From Lama glama (lineage: Eukaryota), in contig CM052818.1 in the NCBI GenBank assembly GCA_028534125.1, forward strand, positions 18,292,001 to 18,356,000: a stretch of DNA of 64,000 nt, in the 5' to 3' direction. The translations under genes were made by a program, and so were the position numbers. The notes under the pieces are model-generated. The model saw nothing but the letters and a program-made list of their open reading frames with translations. It did no database searches and was not told the DNA's origin. Of this stretch, positions 13,101-25,172 are shown piece by piece (positions within the stretch are counted from its first letter, which is position 1; every line of letters begins with the position of its first letter).

Positions 13101-14058
13101 TTCAGCTACACAAGGCTTCCTTTTTTGTTGGCATCTACAAATTCCAAAGTCATTCTACTAAAGTGAAAAGTGACAAAGGGGAGGCTTAAGGCTGTGAAAG
13201 CTTCCTCTGATGTCATTTAAAATTAGAAGAGAGGATTTCTATGCCTAAGACTTTGAAATTGCCATAAACCAGAACCTACAGTCATTTTCTACAGGGACAG
13301 TCATAGAGGAGGGGAAACCTCTTCTTGGAGGGTTTTTTTGTTTTTTGTTTTTTATGTTTTTGCCTTCAAGTTCCAGTAGGCCAGCTCATCTCTGGGTAAA
13401 GATCCTGCTGAGACTGGCTTTAGTTCAAGGGTTTGCAAAACTGGGCTGCCTGTTAAGTTGCAAATTAACTTAGCAGTTGGGAAATGTAAGAGTTGGGCCA
13501 ATTAAATTGTCATTATTGACCCAGATAAAACATGACTTAGTGTCTAGAAGGTGAAAGTCCTTACCTTATTTCCTATTGTCCATAAATATTCTGAAAATAA
13601 GTATTTTTGTTGTATTTATTGCTTCAACCAAAAACACAAGAAGCCTTTTTCTTGTCACTTTTTGGGTTGTTGTGGTTTTAGTGTTTTCATTAAGTCTCCT
13701 TATTTTCAACTCTTTCTAGGTGGGTCCTTAAAATAAACTCTATAATATCTAACAGCTGCCTGTTCAGATCAGAAAGAATAATATATTAGCTTTACATTTA
13801 TATGCTTGGTTTTGTTTTTAGTTTTGTTTTTTGCTTGTTTGTTTTCATTTTGATTTCTTTTTATGTACTGGGGATAAGGAAGGACTCTGATAGAGGGAAC
13901 AGTTCCTGAGATCTAGTGACTTTTTAGGTGCCCCTACATGTGATGACTCTTCACATCTCAGTCCCTTGTGCTTTAGGCATGAAAATAATGTAGCGTTTCC
14001 TTTGCTGGAAGGGATTCTAGAGAAAGGAATACTGAAAGAATACAGATTAGACCCCCAT

Positions 14059-14411
14059 TGTCTTAAGCAGCTCAGCCTGCTGTATTAAAATACTGAACTA
14101 GATGGCTTAAACAACAAACATTTAAATCTCACAGTTCTGAGAGAACAAGAGTAGAAGATTCAAGAGTTCAAGATTAGAGTCTGGTGAGAACCAACTTCCT
14201 GCCTTCTCTGTATCTTCACCTGGTTAAGAGAGAGCTCTAGTCTCTTTATTCGCTTATGTGGGCACCAGTCCCATCATGGGAGCTCCACCCCCAGGACCTT
14301 ATCCAAGTACTTCTCGAGTCCCCATCTCTAAATTCCAACACACTGGAGATTAGAGTCTGAACCTATGGATTTGGGGTGGTGTCGGGAAAGACAAACATTC
14401 AGTCCATAGCA
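14059..14411 (-). mobile_element. MaLR solo LTR (MLT1A/A0-like) with 5-bp TSD
   Basis: Starts TGtcttaag and ends aaacattcagtccatagCA. Internal ggcttaaacaacaaacattt...ctcacagttctg. Flanks are CCCAT (14054-14058) and CCCAC (14412-14416), a 4/5 match to the 5-bp MaLR TSD. Confidence 0.85.
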
Positions 14412-16854
14412 CCCACTGTGAACTAGCAAGCTTAATCATGTTGTATGCTGCAGATGCTCCCTTGCTTGGGAAGTACAGATATGCCCTCATTAACATCTTC
14501 CATCTCTAGGATCCTCTACCCTCTTGGCTACTTGATGCTCTGAGGCATTCATGGTCCTGCTGAACTCTGTTTGGTGCCTTTAATTCAGCAGTTATAACTT
14601 ACAGGTGGCAAGACTTGACAGAGGTTCCCCAAGAAAGGCTTTTTTGGCTTGCCATCAAATACAGTCTTCTTCCATTTTGTAATCAACAGCCAAGCAACAT
14701 TACCTTTTCTTTTAAGACTTCTGCTTCAGTCATGCCTGCCCTTCTGACCTTTCTTGACAAGGCAAGCTGTGGGAGAGGCCTCCAACCATGTTACGTTTGT
14801 CAGGGCTCACAGATATACCAGAAAACGAACTGACCTTTTTTTTTCCCTCTCTGCCAGTAACTCAATCTTTGTTTCTGCTCAGAGAAGAGACAATTAAGGC
14901 AGCACAATACTCAAGTTAAAAATAGCCTCGTGTCTCTGCCCCGGAGACTCTTGCTAGGTTTTTTTTTTTTAATAGAATGGTATTAAAATAAAAAGATGCA
15001 ATCTAAACACAAGCTCCAATCGATGCACAAACTATTTATTTTTATTTCCTCATTTAGCCCATGCCCATCACAACCACATCCATCTGGGCTGTTTATGACT
15101 TAATAAGATGCTTTAAACAGTAAAAGACTCAGATAGGATATGGGCCCACATGCCTGCCTACCCCCCCATCCCTTCTAACAAATAAGCTACTTGAATCTAT
15201 ACTTCATAAACCTCTTCTGTGATGCTCAGGTCCACTCTGCTTAGCCTACACAGAAATCAAATGATCAGAGATGGGTTTTTATAGTTCAGAGCAAAGTTAA
15301 ACAGACGGAGAGGAAAAGCAGAAGAGGGAGGGATAAATGCCAGGGGAGCCTAAATGAATAAAGTGGAAGTTAACCACCCCAGTGGGTCTGAGATTCTGAG
15401 AGAGTCTGGGCATAGAGATAGCAATTGTTGATGCCAAGTGTTTTAGAAACATGCAGTTTGCACTTGGATGTGAGCGTGCTTTGAAAAGTTAAAAGTGCAT
15501 CCAAATCCAAATGCAAGGTATGAATAATAAAGAGAGCACATTTGCTGTTTCCCATTCATGGTGTCTCAGCTCAACTGATCTTGTCTTTCTCTCTTCTCAT
15601 ATTCCTCCAAGGCACCTAGCACGGGGCTGGGCCCACTGGAAAGAGAACAGCAGGCCAAGTTCGTGAATTTGTCATCCCTACCTCTTGGGTCCTTTCCCAA
15701 CTTTTCAGAACCTCTTCCCCAAATCAAGCTTTCAATATTTAAAAATATATATATATCATTCTTCATTCTTCTTTCCCAGTAAAGATAACAGCATCTGAAT
15801 AATGTATTGGCATTGAAATGCTAAGGAGTAATGCCAGTTCCAAAGGATTGAATTGTTAATGGTAGGATTTTACTCAATTTGGTACACAGTGTTTAAGGTT
15901 GCTTTAATACATGAAAAATTGTATCTAGACTGACTTACTTGTTTGGACTGCAAAGGCCATGTGTACATGAACAGAAATTTGAGGGAAAGATGAGCTTCTT
16001 GTGATGACAGACATTAGTGCCTTCAAGATTCCATCTGCTGAGGCCAGGCCCCCTCACTGTCTGACTAGGTGGAGAACTCAGGCTGGTGTTTGTTGGTTGG
16101 TTTGTTTGTTTCCTTCATTGAATATTAAAAATCGGGGTGCCAGTCTTAATGTATTTGTTTAAAATGTGCCCCCTTCCCTTAGATTGCCTTCCCTGCTTCT
16201 CTTCATATGTACACATAACTTCTCAGTCTGATCCAGTAAGACACTTAAGATGTGACTTTTTATTTAATAAAGTGGACATTCGCTTTGGGGGGAAAAGGAT
16301 GGTGGCTTACTGCAGCAGCAAGTCCCATAACAAACAAAACCCCTGCATAGAGACTAAGTTCTACACTAACTTCAAGGAAATGAGGCCAAATCAGAAATCA
16401 CCGGTTGGAGCCTTTTAAAGAGAGATTTATAGACTTCAGTCAAGCCAAGACTTCACTCGAGACAAGTGCAGCCTGATGGATGACACCAGCTAATCCATCA
16501 AGTGATTTATCAGGGTTCATGGCGTAAATGATTGTGACTTCCATCACTCCCTGCACACCTGTGAGGATGAGGCTTCCTCAAGCCCGGGACAACTCCTCTG
16601 ACTAGTGTACGTGCTGCTATGTTTGTTCTGTTCTATTTGTTAGCAACTCTGAGAGAGATCAAGCAAACTCAGAGAAGCATACTCCATCCATCAGCAAATA
16701 ATTCCACAAATTCTTCCTGAGTCACAAAATAAATTAATTAGGTGAAGGATGATCTGGTGTAGCTTATGTACCAGTCCCTGCTAGATGTTCTGGACAACAA
16801 AGAAAAAGATACAAAGTCCCTGCTCTCAAGGAGTTCCCAAAGAGAACAACAACC

Positions 16855-17070
16855 ATTAGCTATCATTTGTTGAGTAATTATTTTGCTGGAAACCGAGATA
16901 AGCCACATTACGTGCATCATCTCATTTAATTATAATAACCTCATCATCCCAATTTTACAGTGAGGAGATTAAAGTCAAAGAGGTTATGTGACTTGCCCAA
17001 TGTCACACATCTAGTAAGTGGTGGGGCCAAGGTTAGAACCCAGGCTTTCTGACTGCAATGCTCACACAGC
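16855..17070 (-). mobile_element. MIR SINE
   Basis: catctcatttaat...cccaattttacagtgaggaga...gaggttatgtgacttgcccaatgtcacacatctagtaagtggtggggccaaggttagaacccagg. Confidence 0.9.
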
Positions 17071-17264
17071 CATCTATTTTTCTGTAATATCTACGGACAC
17101 AACAAATGTGGTCCGGATCATACATAATATAGGAGAGTGATAATCTTGTTCTCTAATGGAGAGAAGCAAGACATTCATAAACACAAATTCACAGAGTCCT
17201 CATCCATTTTATTTGTAGTAGCAGTCTGAATATCTTCGCATTGGTTTCCTATTTTACAACTTCA

Positions 17265-17400
17265 AAACTGCCTCATATACCTCAGCTCATTTAATCTCAC
17301 ACACCAACCCTTCAGTAGCAGCTGGGCAAGAATTTGAGCCCATCTCACAGTTGAGGAAATGAAGTTCAGAGAGGTTTGTTGACTGGCCTGAGATCAACAC
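17265..17400 (-). mobile_element. MIR fragment
   Basis: ctcatttaatctcac...cacagttgaggaaatgaagttcagagaggtt. Confidence 0.7.
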
Positions 17401-18084
17401 CATGGAGGTGGGATGTCACAGATGCCACAACTCACGCATTTTCTCAATATAATGCTTTGCTTCTTGCAATGCTGTCTCTCATTTATTAAAGAGAAATTAC
17501 ATCTTGAGAGTCTTATAGTCACATCAGCACAGGATAGTGACACAGTGTCCAAGACAGAAGAAAAAAGTAACACTTATATTTTTACCAAGTACATAAACTG
17601 TAAATATGCAGGTGTTTTTGTTCAGCATTTTTCCTATTTTCCACTCAGTCTTGAGCACTTGGCAGTGGGGGAAAAAGATGACCTAGAAGTGTATGGGTGT
17701 GTGGTCCAAGAAGTAAAAATTCAAGGGCAAAACTAGCCTTTTCCATGCCAAAGAGGAAATGCCCCAATGGGGTGTGTCCGTTTTTAAAAACTAGTCCAAG
17801 CTATCTCATCAAAACATCATTTTTTAAAGAAAATTTCCTTTCTAAGTCAACTATACTTATTAGCTTTTCTTCTTTCTGTTTTTGCTTACTTCTTTTTGTC
17901 TCTCCTTGGAATTAACATTCTAGTAACATGTAGATTTAACCAGAACTTCTTAGCCAAGATATAGAATTTCATCTCTACAAGAAGGGATTTTTCTTTCAGT
18001 TAAATGCAATAAGCATTTTATGAGTTCCTACTAAGTGTCTCCTACATCATGGCATCCCAAATCTAAATGTGCGTACGGGGCGAT

Positions 18085-18195
18085 CCAACTAATATGGAGA
18101 GTCTGACTAAGGAGGTCTGGGTGGGACCTGCGAGTCTGCAGTGCTAACCAGCTCCCAGGTGAAGCTGGCACTGCTGGTCCATGGTCCTGATGGAC
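18085..18195. mobile_element. MER5A fragment
   Basis: ggtctgggtgggacctgcgagtctgcagtgctaaccagctcccaggtgaagctggcactgctggtcca. Confidence 0.7.
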
Positions 18196-21100
18196 TAACA
18201 GGATCTAAAAAATACTAGTCTTGTGTAAGGAGCTGTATGGTGGAGGATCCAAGAGAAATGACCCACAGTCCCTGCTCCAGCATAGTTGTCAATAAAATAC
18301 ACATAAAACAGTTAGAGAGAAGCACAAAACAAATGCATAAACATGTATTCCATTGCTATAACCACATGATAGGTAATGGGGCAAAGTTCTCTTACTCTCT
18401 TTTGTCAGATCACATTTAATTGTAAAAATAGTCCTCTTTTTTTTTTTTTAGGATAACTAGTCATGTATTATCTCAGTTTCTGAAAGCCCCTCTATTGGTA
18501 CTGTGGAAACAGCTAGATATTGAAAAATTCAATTCACATCCAACTATTTCAGGAGCAAACCCACTGTATGGCTCATCTGGGCAAATTGTGTCTCATAAGT
18601 ACTCTTTCTTATGACAGGATAGCACTATCTCAGGAAAAAAGTAGGAGACTGAATATAGGCATTTATGTCCTGGTAGCCTGAGGTGGACAAAGGTCAGAGG
18701 GAAAGTACAGGTTAAGGTAGACCATGTTTCATTCAGATCAAATGCAGCTAAGATTTGTGAGTAAGGTGGGCTGGGGAAAGAGAGATGAAGGAAGGCAATG
18801 GGAATGTTGGAAACAAACAAAGACACCTTCTTTGTTCCTCACCCCTTCAGTCAAGACCCAGAAATACTCGCACAATCAATGGAGCTCACAGGAAACCTAC
18901 AGCAGCATGAAAGCTATGCTGGTCTGCATGAGTTCCAAGGGAGGAATGCTGTGGAGCTAATCACTGGACTCAGATTGCCATTTAATGCCTTTCCTCCACA
19001 AGTCATCCTTCAAGTTTATAGCAGGACAAGAGTTCATTACCATGTTCCTGTTTTGCAAATTCCTGAACAAGGTTATGCCTCCAATTTTAAGCGTGTGTAT
19101 AAAAGGAATGAGAGAAGGTGGGAGGGTGAGAGAGTTTCTGGAGGGAATGGTAATAAACAGAATAAGCGCTCCTCACCAACTGGAAATGCAAATCGCCCCC
19201 ACCTGCTTATGACTTTGTGCAATCAGAAGGAACAACATTTCACAGACTCTCAGATTCATTCTTATTAGAAGCTCCTAAGCTCCTTTCATCAATCTATCTA
19301 TCCATTCATCTTTCAATCAGTCTCCTGTATTAGGAACTGAAAGAAAAGATAGGATTTGGTTCTAGCTCCCAAGAAGTTTGTGATGCAGTTACAGAAATAA
19401 GAGGAATTCATGTGAAACGAGGTCACAGACCAGAACAGAAGCAACCTCTAAACGTTGCTGTCCAAGTCCTGGGTGCTGAAAGCAGTTCAAAGAGGTGGGA
19501 GTTAGATCAATGTGAAGCAGTGAAGCCAAAGGTTTTGTGGAGACTATAGGATTTCCATAATCAAAGGGGAGAGGGCCAAGTGTTCTGAGTGGCAGATATT
19601 AATGAAACAGATTCAAAATCGTAACGGGGATATGAGGTCTTCCTGAAGAGGTCTGCAGGCTCCCACAGTCCATGTCTTTTGATCACATTATGCACAATGG
19701 GCTCCCACTATGCTCTGAAAGTTCAAACAGTAGTAGAAACAAAGAAGCTCCATGCACTGGGATAACTGTATCTGAATTTACCAGGATATTGACTCCCTGA
19801 TAGCCCCACCCATGATTCTGTAGTCAGGATGCTAGGAGCTTGTTCATCAATATCCAGATAGTGTAATGGTCTGCATACAACAGACGGACTCAAATTACAT
19901 CTAAAGCTGTTTATTCTCATTGATTTGGGGGAACTGTTGTTAAGGAGCCAGCTCTCCAGAGAGAGATGTCCCTTAGGCTGGGCTTATGCAGAACCAAAGG
20001 GAATGAAAGATTTATGTGTTTCCACTTATCTCAGTGTAATTACATAGTCAAATCAGAGTATATGTAAAAGTCACTTCAGGGTCTAAATTGTCCAATCTCT
20101 GTTTCCATAGATTGCCTTCACTAAGTAAATAACAAACTTATATCATTACCACATCCTAGTCAGAAGCACAGGAAGAAGAAGTGGCCAGCCACACCCAGGG
20201 TAGTTTGGTGCAGCTAGATCTCTTAACTCCAAGAAGTACTAGTCCTTCCTGAGGACAGCATAAAATTCCTCAATGTTCCCTAAGCTTGGGAAGCAAGGAA
20301 GTTGGAAAGGGAGATACTCTGCTCCTACCCAAAGCACAACAGTGCTTCCCTGATCTCCTCTGGAGACACCCAAGTGAATGCTAACTGTTTCCAAGCCTAG
20401 TTTTCTCCATTGTAGAAACATGAGGTCTTGGTGGGCTTTAGAAAATGCTCTAAGATCTGCCATAGTCTGCCTTTCCCCCCCCCCCACCATAACTGTTGTT
20501 AGTGTCAAGATGAAAGAGAGGCTATGTCCGTTCAGTGAGTTCATGGGTGACACAATACTATAGCTGGTCTCTGCCTCTTGACAATCCTCTGTTTAAACAA
20601 TGCAACTAGTAGGATTTGACTGTGCTCAACATGCCACTTCCTCAGTTCTTTCTCATCATCTCTATCTTTTTAGTCCTAACCTGCTCTTGCTCTTGTCCCT
20701 GGAGTCTAGGGATGACCAACCCCAGAGATACATTTGGCTATTTAGAGCTTAATATGCCACATTTGAAGCTATAAAAAAATAAAATGCTGTTCCAGCATTC
20801 ACTAATATGTGATTAAAAGCAAAACGATGTCCTTAGAAAGACTTCAAAAGAAAACAGTAATGAGCACATGTGTGGGTTCTGTAGCCATCCTATGTAGAGG
20901 AGAAAATGTTGATAGCAATGAATATTTTCAGAATGGGCATTTCTCTGCCCTTGTTCTAGCATCCCTTCTTTGGCATTCAAAATCTCCTCATTCCCCCATT
21001 GACATCTATCTGTCCTGATTCTCACTCCAAATAATTCCTTAAACACAAGAGGAGATGATCACCTTTAAGCCACAGGTTAAATGCCCCAGAAACAGGTCAC

Positions 21101-22494
21101 TGGGCAAAATTTGGGAAGATAAAGTTACAAAAGCACCAGCTCTAGACTCTACAGTATAAAATATGATATGGAAGAATGTGCACCTGCCTTGCCTATGTCC
21201 CTGGAAACATGGCCAAAATAAATTGCTATGTACATGGTGGGAGGGTGGTTAAGGCACTTTAAGCCACTACCATTGCACCATTTCTCCAGTGTGGTTTTTT
21301 CCTCTTCACTTCTTAGAAGTAAATGTTCCAAGATGAGACAAGAAGGAAGCTCCCTTTAGGCTGAGAGTCTATTCCCTTCCCTTCAGGTAAGGATGCCAAG
21401 GGGATAATCTCAAAGAAACAATACATTCCTCCTGGTCTAGCTAGAACTCCTCAGACCAGACTCCCTTTCAATTCTAGAATATTTCATTGCATTGTTTCCC
21501 AGCAACCCCTAACTTGGGTCTTCTTTAGAATAATCTAGAATTTTAAAAAATAAAATCCTCCAAGGCCATAAATCAAAGCTAACGTCAAGATTAAATTAAT
21601 CCTTCATGCAGCTTGGAAATCCTGTAATAGACATGCACATTTCTGCCCAGTTCCCACCCTAATTGCCACTTCCATTTTCTAGTACAACTCAGGATTTCTG
21701 CATGGCAGGAGGAGCTCCCAGACATGTCACCCTCAGAAGCTGGGCTAAGCAAAAAGGCGGGCTGTCTCTTTTCAGAAACAGAAAAGGCGTGCTCACTGTA
21801 GCATGTAAACATTTCATACTGAGTGAATTCCATTTCTTTCCATACTCATCACAAATGAGCACCACCAAAATGTTCAAATACATATTCACGATGTGTCTCT
21901 CAAATGCACTGCATGAAAAAAAATCAGAGCTAAGCACGAGGCACAGATCCATTTCATTTAATTAGAGTTTCAGAGAAGCCTAAAGAAAAAGGTCTATATC
22001 TCCTAAGTGTTCTGTTTCTGTACAAGAAGAGCTGTCATGCATTGTCAGGTGGTTTGAATTGAAAATGATTCCAAATGCAAAGCCTTTAAACCCCAAATGT
22101 TTGACTCGAGTAATATTAGCATAGACAGACAATGAAAGAAACCATTGAGCCATTCCGATTCCAGATTTTGTCCCTTTTCCCTTTACAGTGAATCAAGGTG
22201 AGAGACTATTTCCTCTGCTCAATGCCGGAGCCCTGATTGAACACCATCTGCGGAAATCCTGCATTGCTCTCAGCACATCCCCTGAGTGTCCTCACTCCTT
22301 ATTTTGATTCTCTCTTGTTGTATTTTCAAGTCCCTTTAATAATTTCTCCAACTTAGCTACCACTTACCTCCAAGGCCAGGTCAGGCTCCTCATGAGCCCG
22401 TAGATGTGCTATCTCCTTTCTTACCTTCTTATCTCTGCTCACTGTTCCCCTACCTTCAGTGCTACCACACCTCTCTCTGTATGCATAACCATTT

Positions 22495-22735
22495 AGCATG
22501 TATTCCTTCCTTCCATGTATATTTACTGAGCATCTACTCTGTGCTAGACACTGGAGAGACAACACTTATTAAGACAGAGATCCTTGCCCTCATGAATTTT
22601 AGATTCTTGGAGCAAGAGACAAAAAATAAACAATAAAGTTAAAAAAATCTAGTAACTTATCTAGAGATAATAAGTGCTGAGTATGCGGGTGGAAGGGGAG
22701 AAAAATCAGAACAGGGTAAGGGGGTCCAGGAGTGC
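22495..22735 (-). mobile_element. LINE-2 3' end
   Basis: tatttactgagcatctactctgtgctagacactgg...ccttgccctcatgaattttagattct. Confidence 0.8.
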
Positions 22736-23081
22736 CTCTTCTAAGACTTACTCCCTGGTCTGGGGTTCAGCAGTTCAAAGGATAATCAAATTCCCTGTTA
22801 GTCCTACCGTATCGTAATATGTTTATGGCCACCTCAGCAACACTTTCATGAACCTATTTCTAGAATAAACCTAAACACAATTGTATAGGAAAAACAAAGT
22901 AGGCAACAATTTGCTTTTTCAAGTAGCTCTCCAATCTCCATTGTATATTGTTTCACAAGGCACTGTGTACTCATGGACTTTCTGCCTGCCTTTGGCAACC
23001 GAGACTCTCCCTAGCTGTGGAATCAGGAATGCTGTCCCTGATGGAGATGGGTTTGGTTTTGATTTTCACAACTAAGATAGA

Positions 23082-23312
23082 ATTTTTTTTATGATTATAA
23101 AAGCAATATGTGCTTGCTGTAGAAAGAAAAACAAACAATGCAGAAATGAGTTCACTTAGTTCTACCATAACATACCCACTGTCAATATTTTGGTAAACAG
23201 CCTTCCACAATTTTTTTCCCTGCTGGCACACATTTTGTTTAAATTCTAATGGGATATTATGCATGCTCTTTTGTAACCCACTTTTTTCATGTAATTATAT
23301 GTTGACAAATGT
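23082..23312 (-). mobile_element. Old LINE-1 (L1ME-type) 3' end
   Basis: gattataaaagcaatatgtgcttgctgtagaaa...ccactgtcaatattttggt...aatgggatattatgcatgctcttttgtaacc. Confidence 0.65.
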
Positions 23313-24099
23313 TTTAGAGGAAACTGATGGCTGTTAAAGTATTAAAAGACAAGGGCAAGGATCCCTAATTCAAGAAATCCAGAACTCTGCTACAATTGTG
23401 ATAAGTGGAAGGGATAAGATACCAGCTTGGGAAAAAGTAGGAACCTACAAGGAACATGTCACCTCCAGTCTGAATGGAAAGCTTTGGAGAATGCAGGAAA
23501 GAATGCTGAAGAGTCACATATACAAGAAAAGTACATTTTTGTTAATCATTCTGGAAAAAAATGAGAGAGTAGACAATCGTGTGTGTGTTGCTGCATGAAG
23601 GCTGAGCCTGGAAAGCATTGTGGATAGAGATCTCTCTAAAAGGGGCTCTGTGATATGTCATCTTTACTGTCAATGGATGGTGAGTATCATTAGCGGGAAA
23701 TAAATATGAAAGACATCAGCTCTCCAGAAAACAGGCCTGGCAACACAAGGAGAAAAAAAAAAAAAAAGACCAGGGTTCCCCCACAAAACTGACTAGAAAA
23801 CCAGGATGTAAAAGGGCCCCTAGAGGCACCTGCAGCCTGGTTTCTCAGAGATAAAGAATCTCTGTTGGCTGCAGCTACATGTACAATTGTACTTGCTACA
23901 ACAAAACGATACGGAACAATTGCCATTCCAGGCCTACGCATGTTTTAAAATTCTACTTTAGATTTACAACTAGGATATGTACAGGGCTTCATGGAAATAG
24001 ATTTGTGAGCTATCAGAAGACTTCTGGCATCCAGCACATACACACATATACGCAAATATGCACATATATACAAAACACACGATAAGAAAACCTTTGCTG

Positions 24100-25060
24100 T
24101 TAGTGCTAGAAATGTCACTATTACAATTTCTTTAGTCTCCATTTTTTCCATCTCTAGAAGTTGTATGTTCTAGAAGTTATATGTGCTATTTATATTGTTT
24201 TATAGTTATTTTATCATTTTTAAATCATATTTGTCAAACCCCAAAATTAATCAGCATCACTTTATCCGAACAATACAAGAACCTTTAAGTGCTTTAACTC
24301 TGGGCTCTCTACCTTGCAATTTTCCATGCCATTTTTGTCCAAAATTTTAATTCTAGCTTGTTTTTTAAATAGCCCCAAATTAGTACCATTTTTAATTGAA
24401 TAACTGATCAATATTACTCTCACTTTACCAGGGATTTTGCTCTTACACATTTGTTTCTTCTGGGTTCAATTTTCTTCTTGTTGATGAAAATTGTTCTTTC
24501 TAATGTAATCATTCTTTCTAACTTTCCTCACTGTTTGTTTTCTCCTACAGTAAGCATGTACTACTTCGTTAACCATAAAAAAATCCTATCTTAATTATGA
24601 AAAACAAAAAAACCCAAATCGTCCCTTACATGGATGAGTGGTAAACTCTCTTCAGTCCTTATATATCTGAAAATGTTACCCCTGCTCTCCTGAACTATTA
24701 ACAGTAGTCTAGGGGAATTCATAAACCTGGGTTAACCAGAATTCCCACTCAGCAAATAATTCTATTATCCTCTAGTATCTACTGTTGCTTATATGAAGTG
24801 TGCTGTCAGTCTAACTTTTGGCAGTCGATCTTTCCTCTCTGATAGGTTTTAAGAGGTTTTTTTTCTCTGCCTTAGTTTCACAATTGAGTGTAAATTTTTT
24901 GTTTTATATACTTGTGGCTCAGCAGTTTCCTCAAAGGAAGGCAGTCTTGCCTCAACTCTGAAAAGCTTCTATTATCTCTACCCTCCTTCTTTATCTCCTA
25001 TTAGACCTATGCTGGGACTTCATATACTTTCTTCTTTGTCTCTTCACTTATCTTTCCTGC
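24100..25060 (-). mobile_element. Highly degenerate LINE-1 (ORF1/inter-ORF region), antisense
   Basis: ggtaaactctcttcagtccttatatatctgaaaatg; tctactgttgcttatatgaagtgtgctgtcagtctaa; T-rich strand bias. Confidence 0.5.
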
Positions 25061-25065
25061 TTTAC

Positions 25066-25172
25066 ATGAAATACATATATGAAATCTACATAATATATAT
25101 GAAATCTATATAATATATATGAAATCTATATATAATATATATGAAATCTATGAATATATGAAATACATATAT
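25066..25172. repeat. AT-rich minisatellite, about 6 units beginning ATGAAAT (13-22 nt each)
   Basis: atgaaatacatat / atgaaatctacataatatat / atgaaatctatataatatat / atgaaatctatatataatatat / atgaaatctatgaatat / atgaaatacatatat. Confidence 0.9.

Noticed and set aside
18798..19268. Longest gap-free ORF (156 aa, + strand)
   Set aside because: No recognisable domain or homology and no supporting gene structure. An ORF of this length can occur by chance in 64 kb of intron.
25066..25172. Repeat array as CRISPR-like
   Set aside because: Head-to-tail AT-rich units with no unique spacers, no cas genes, and a mammalian context.
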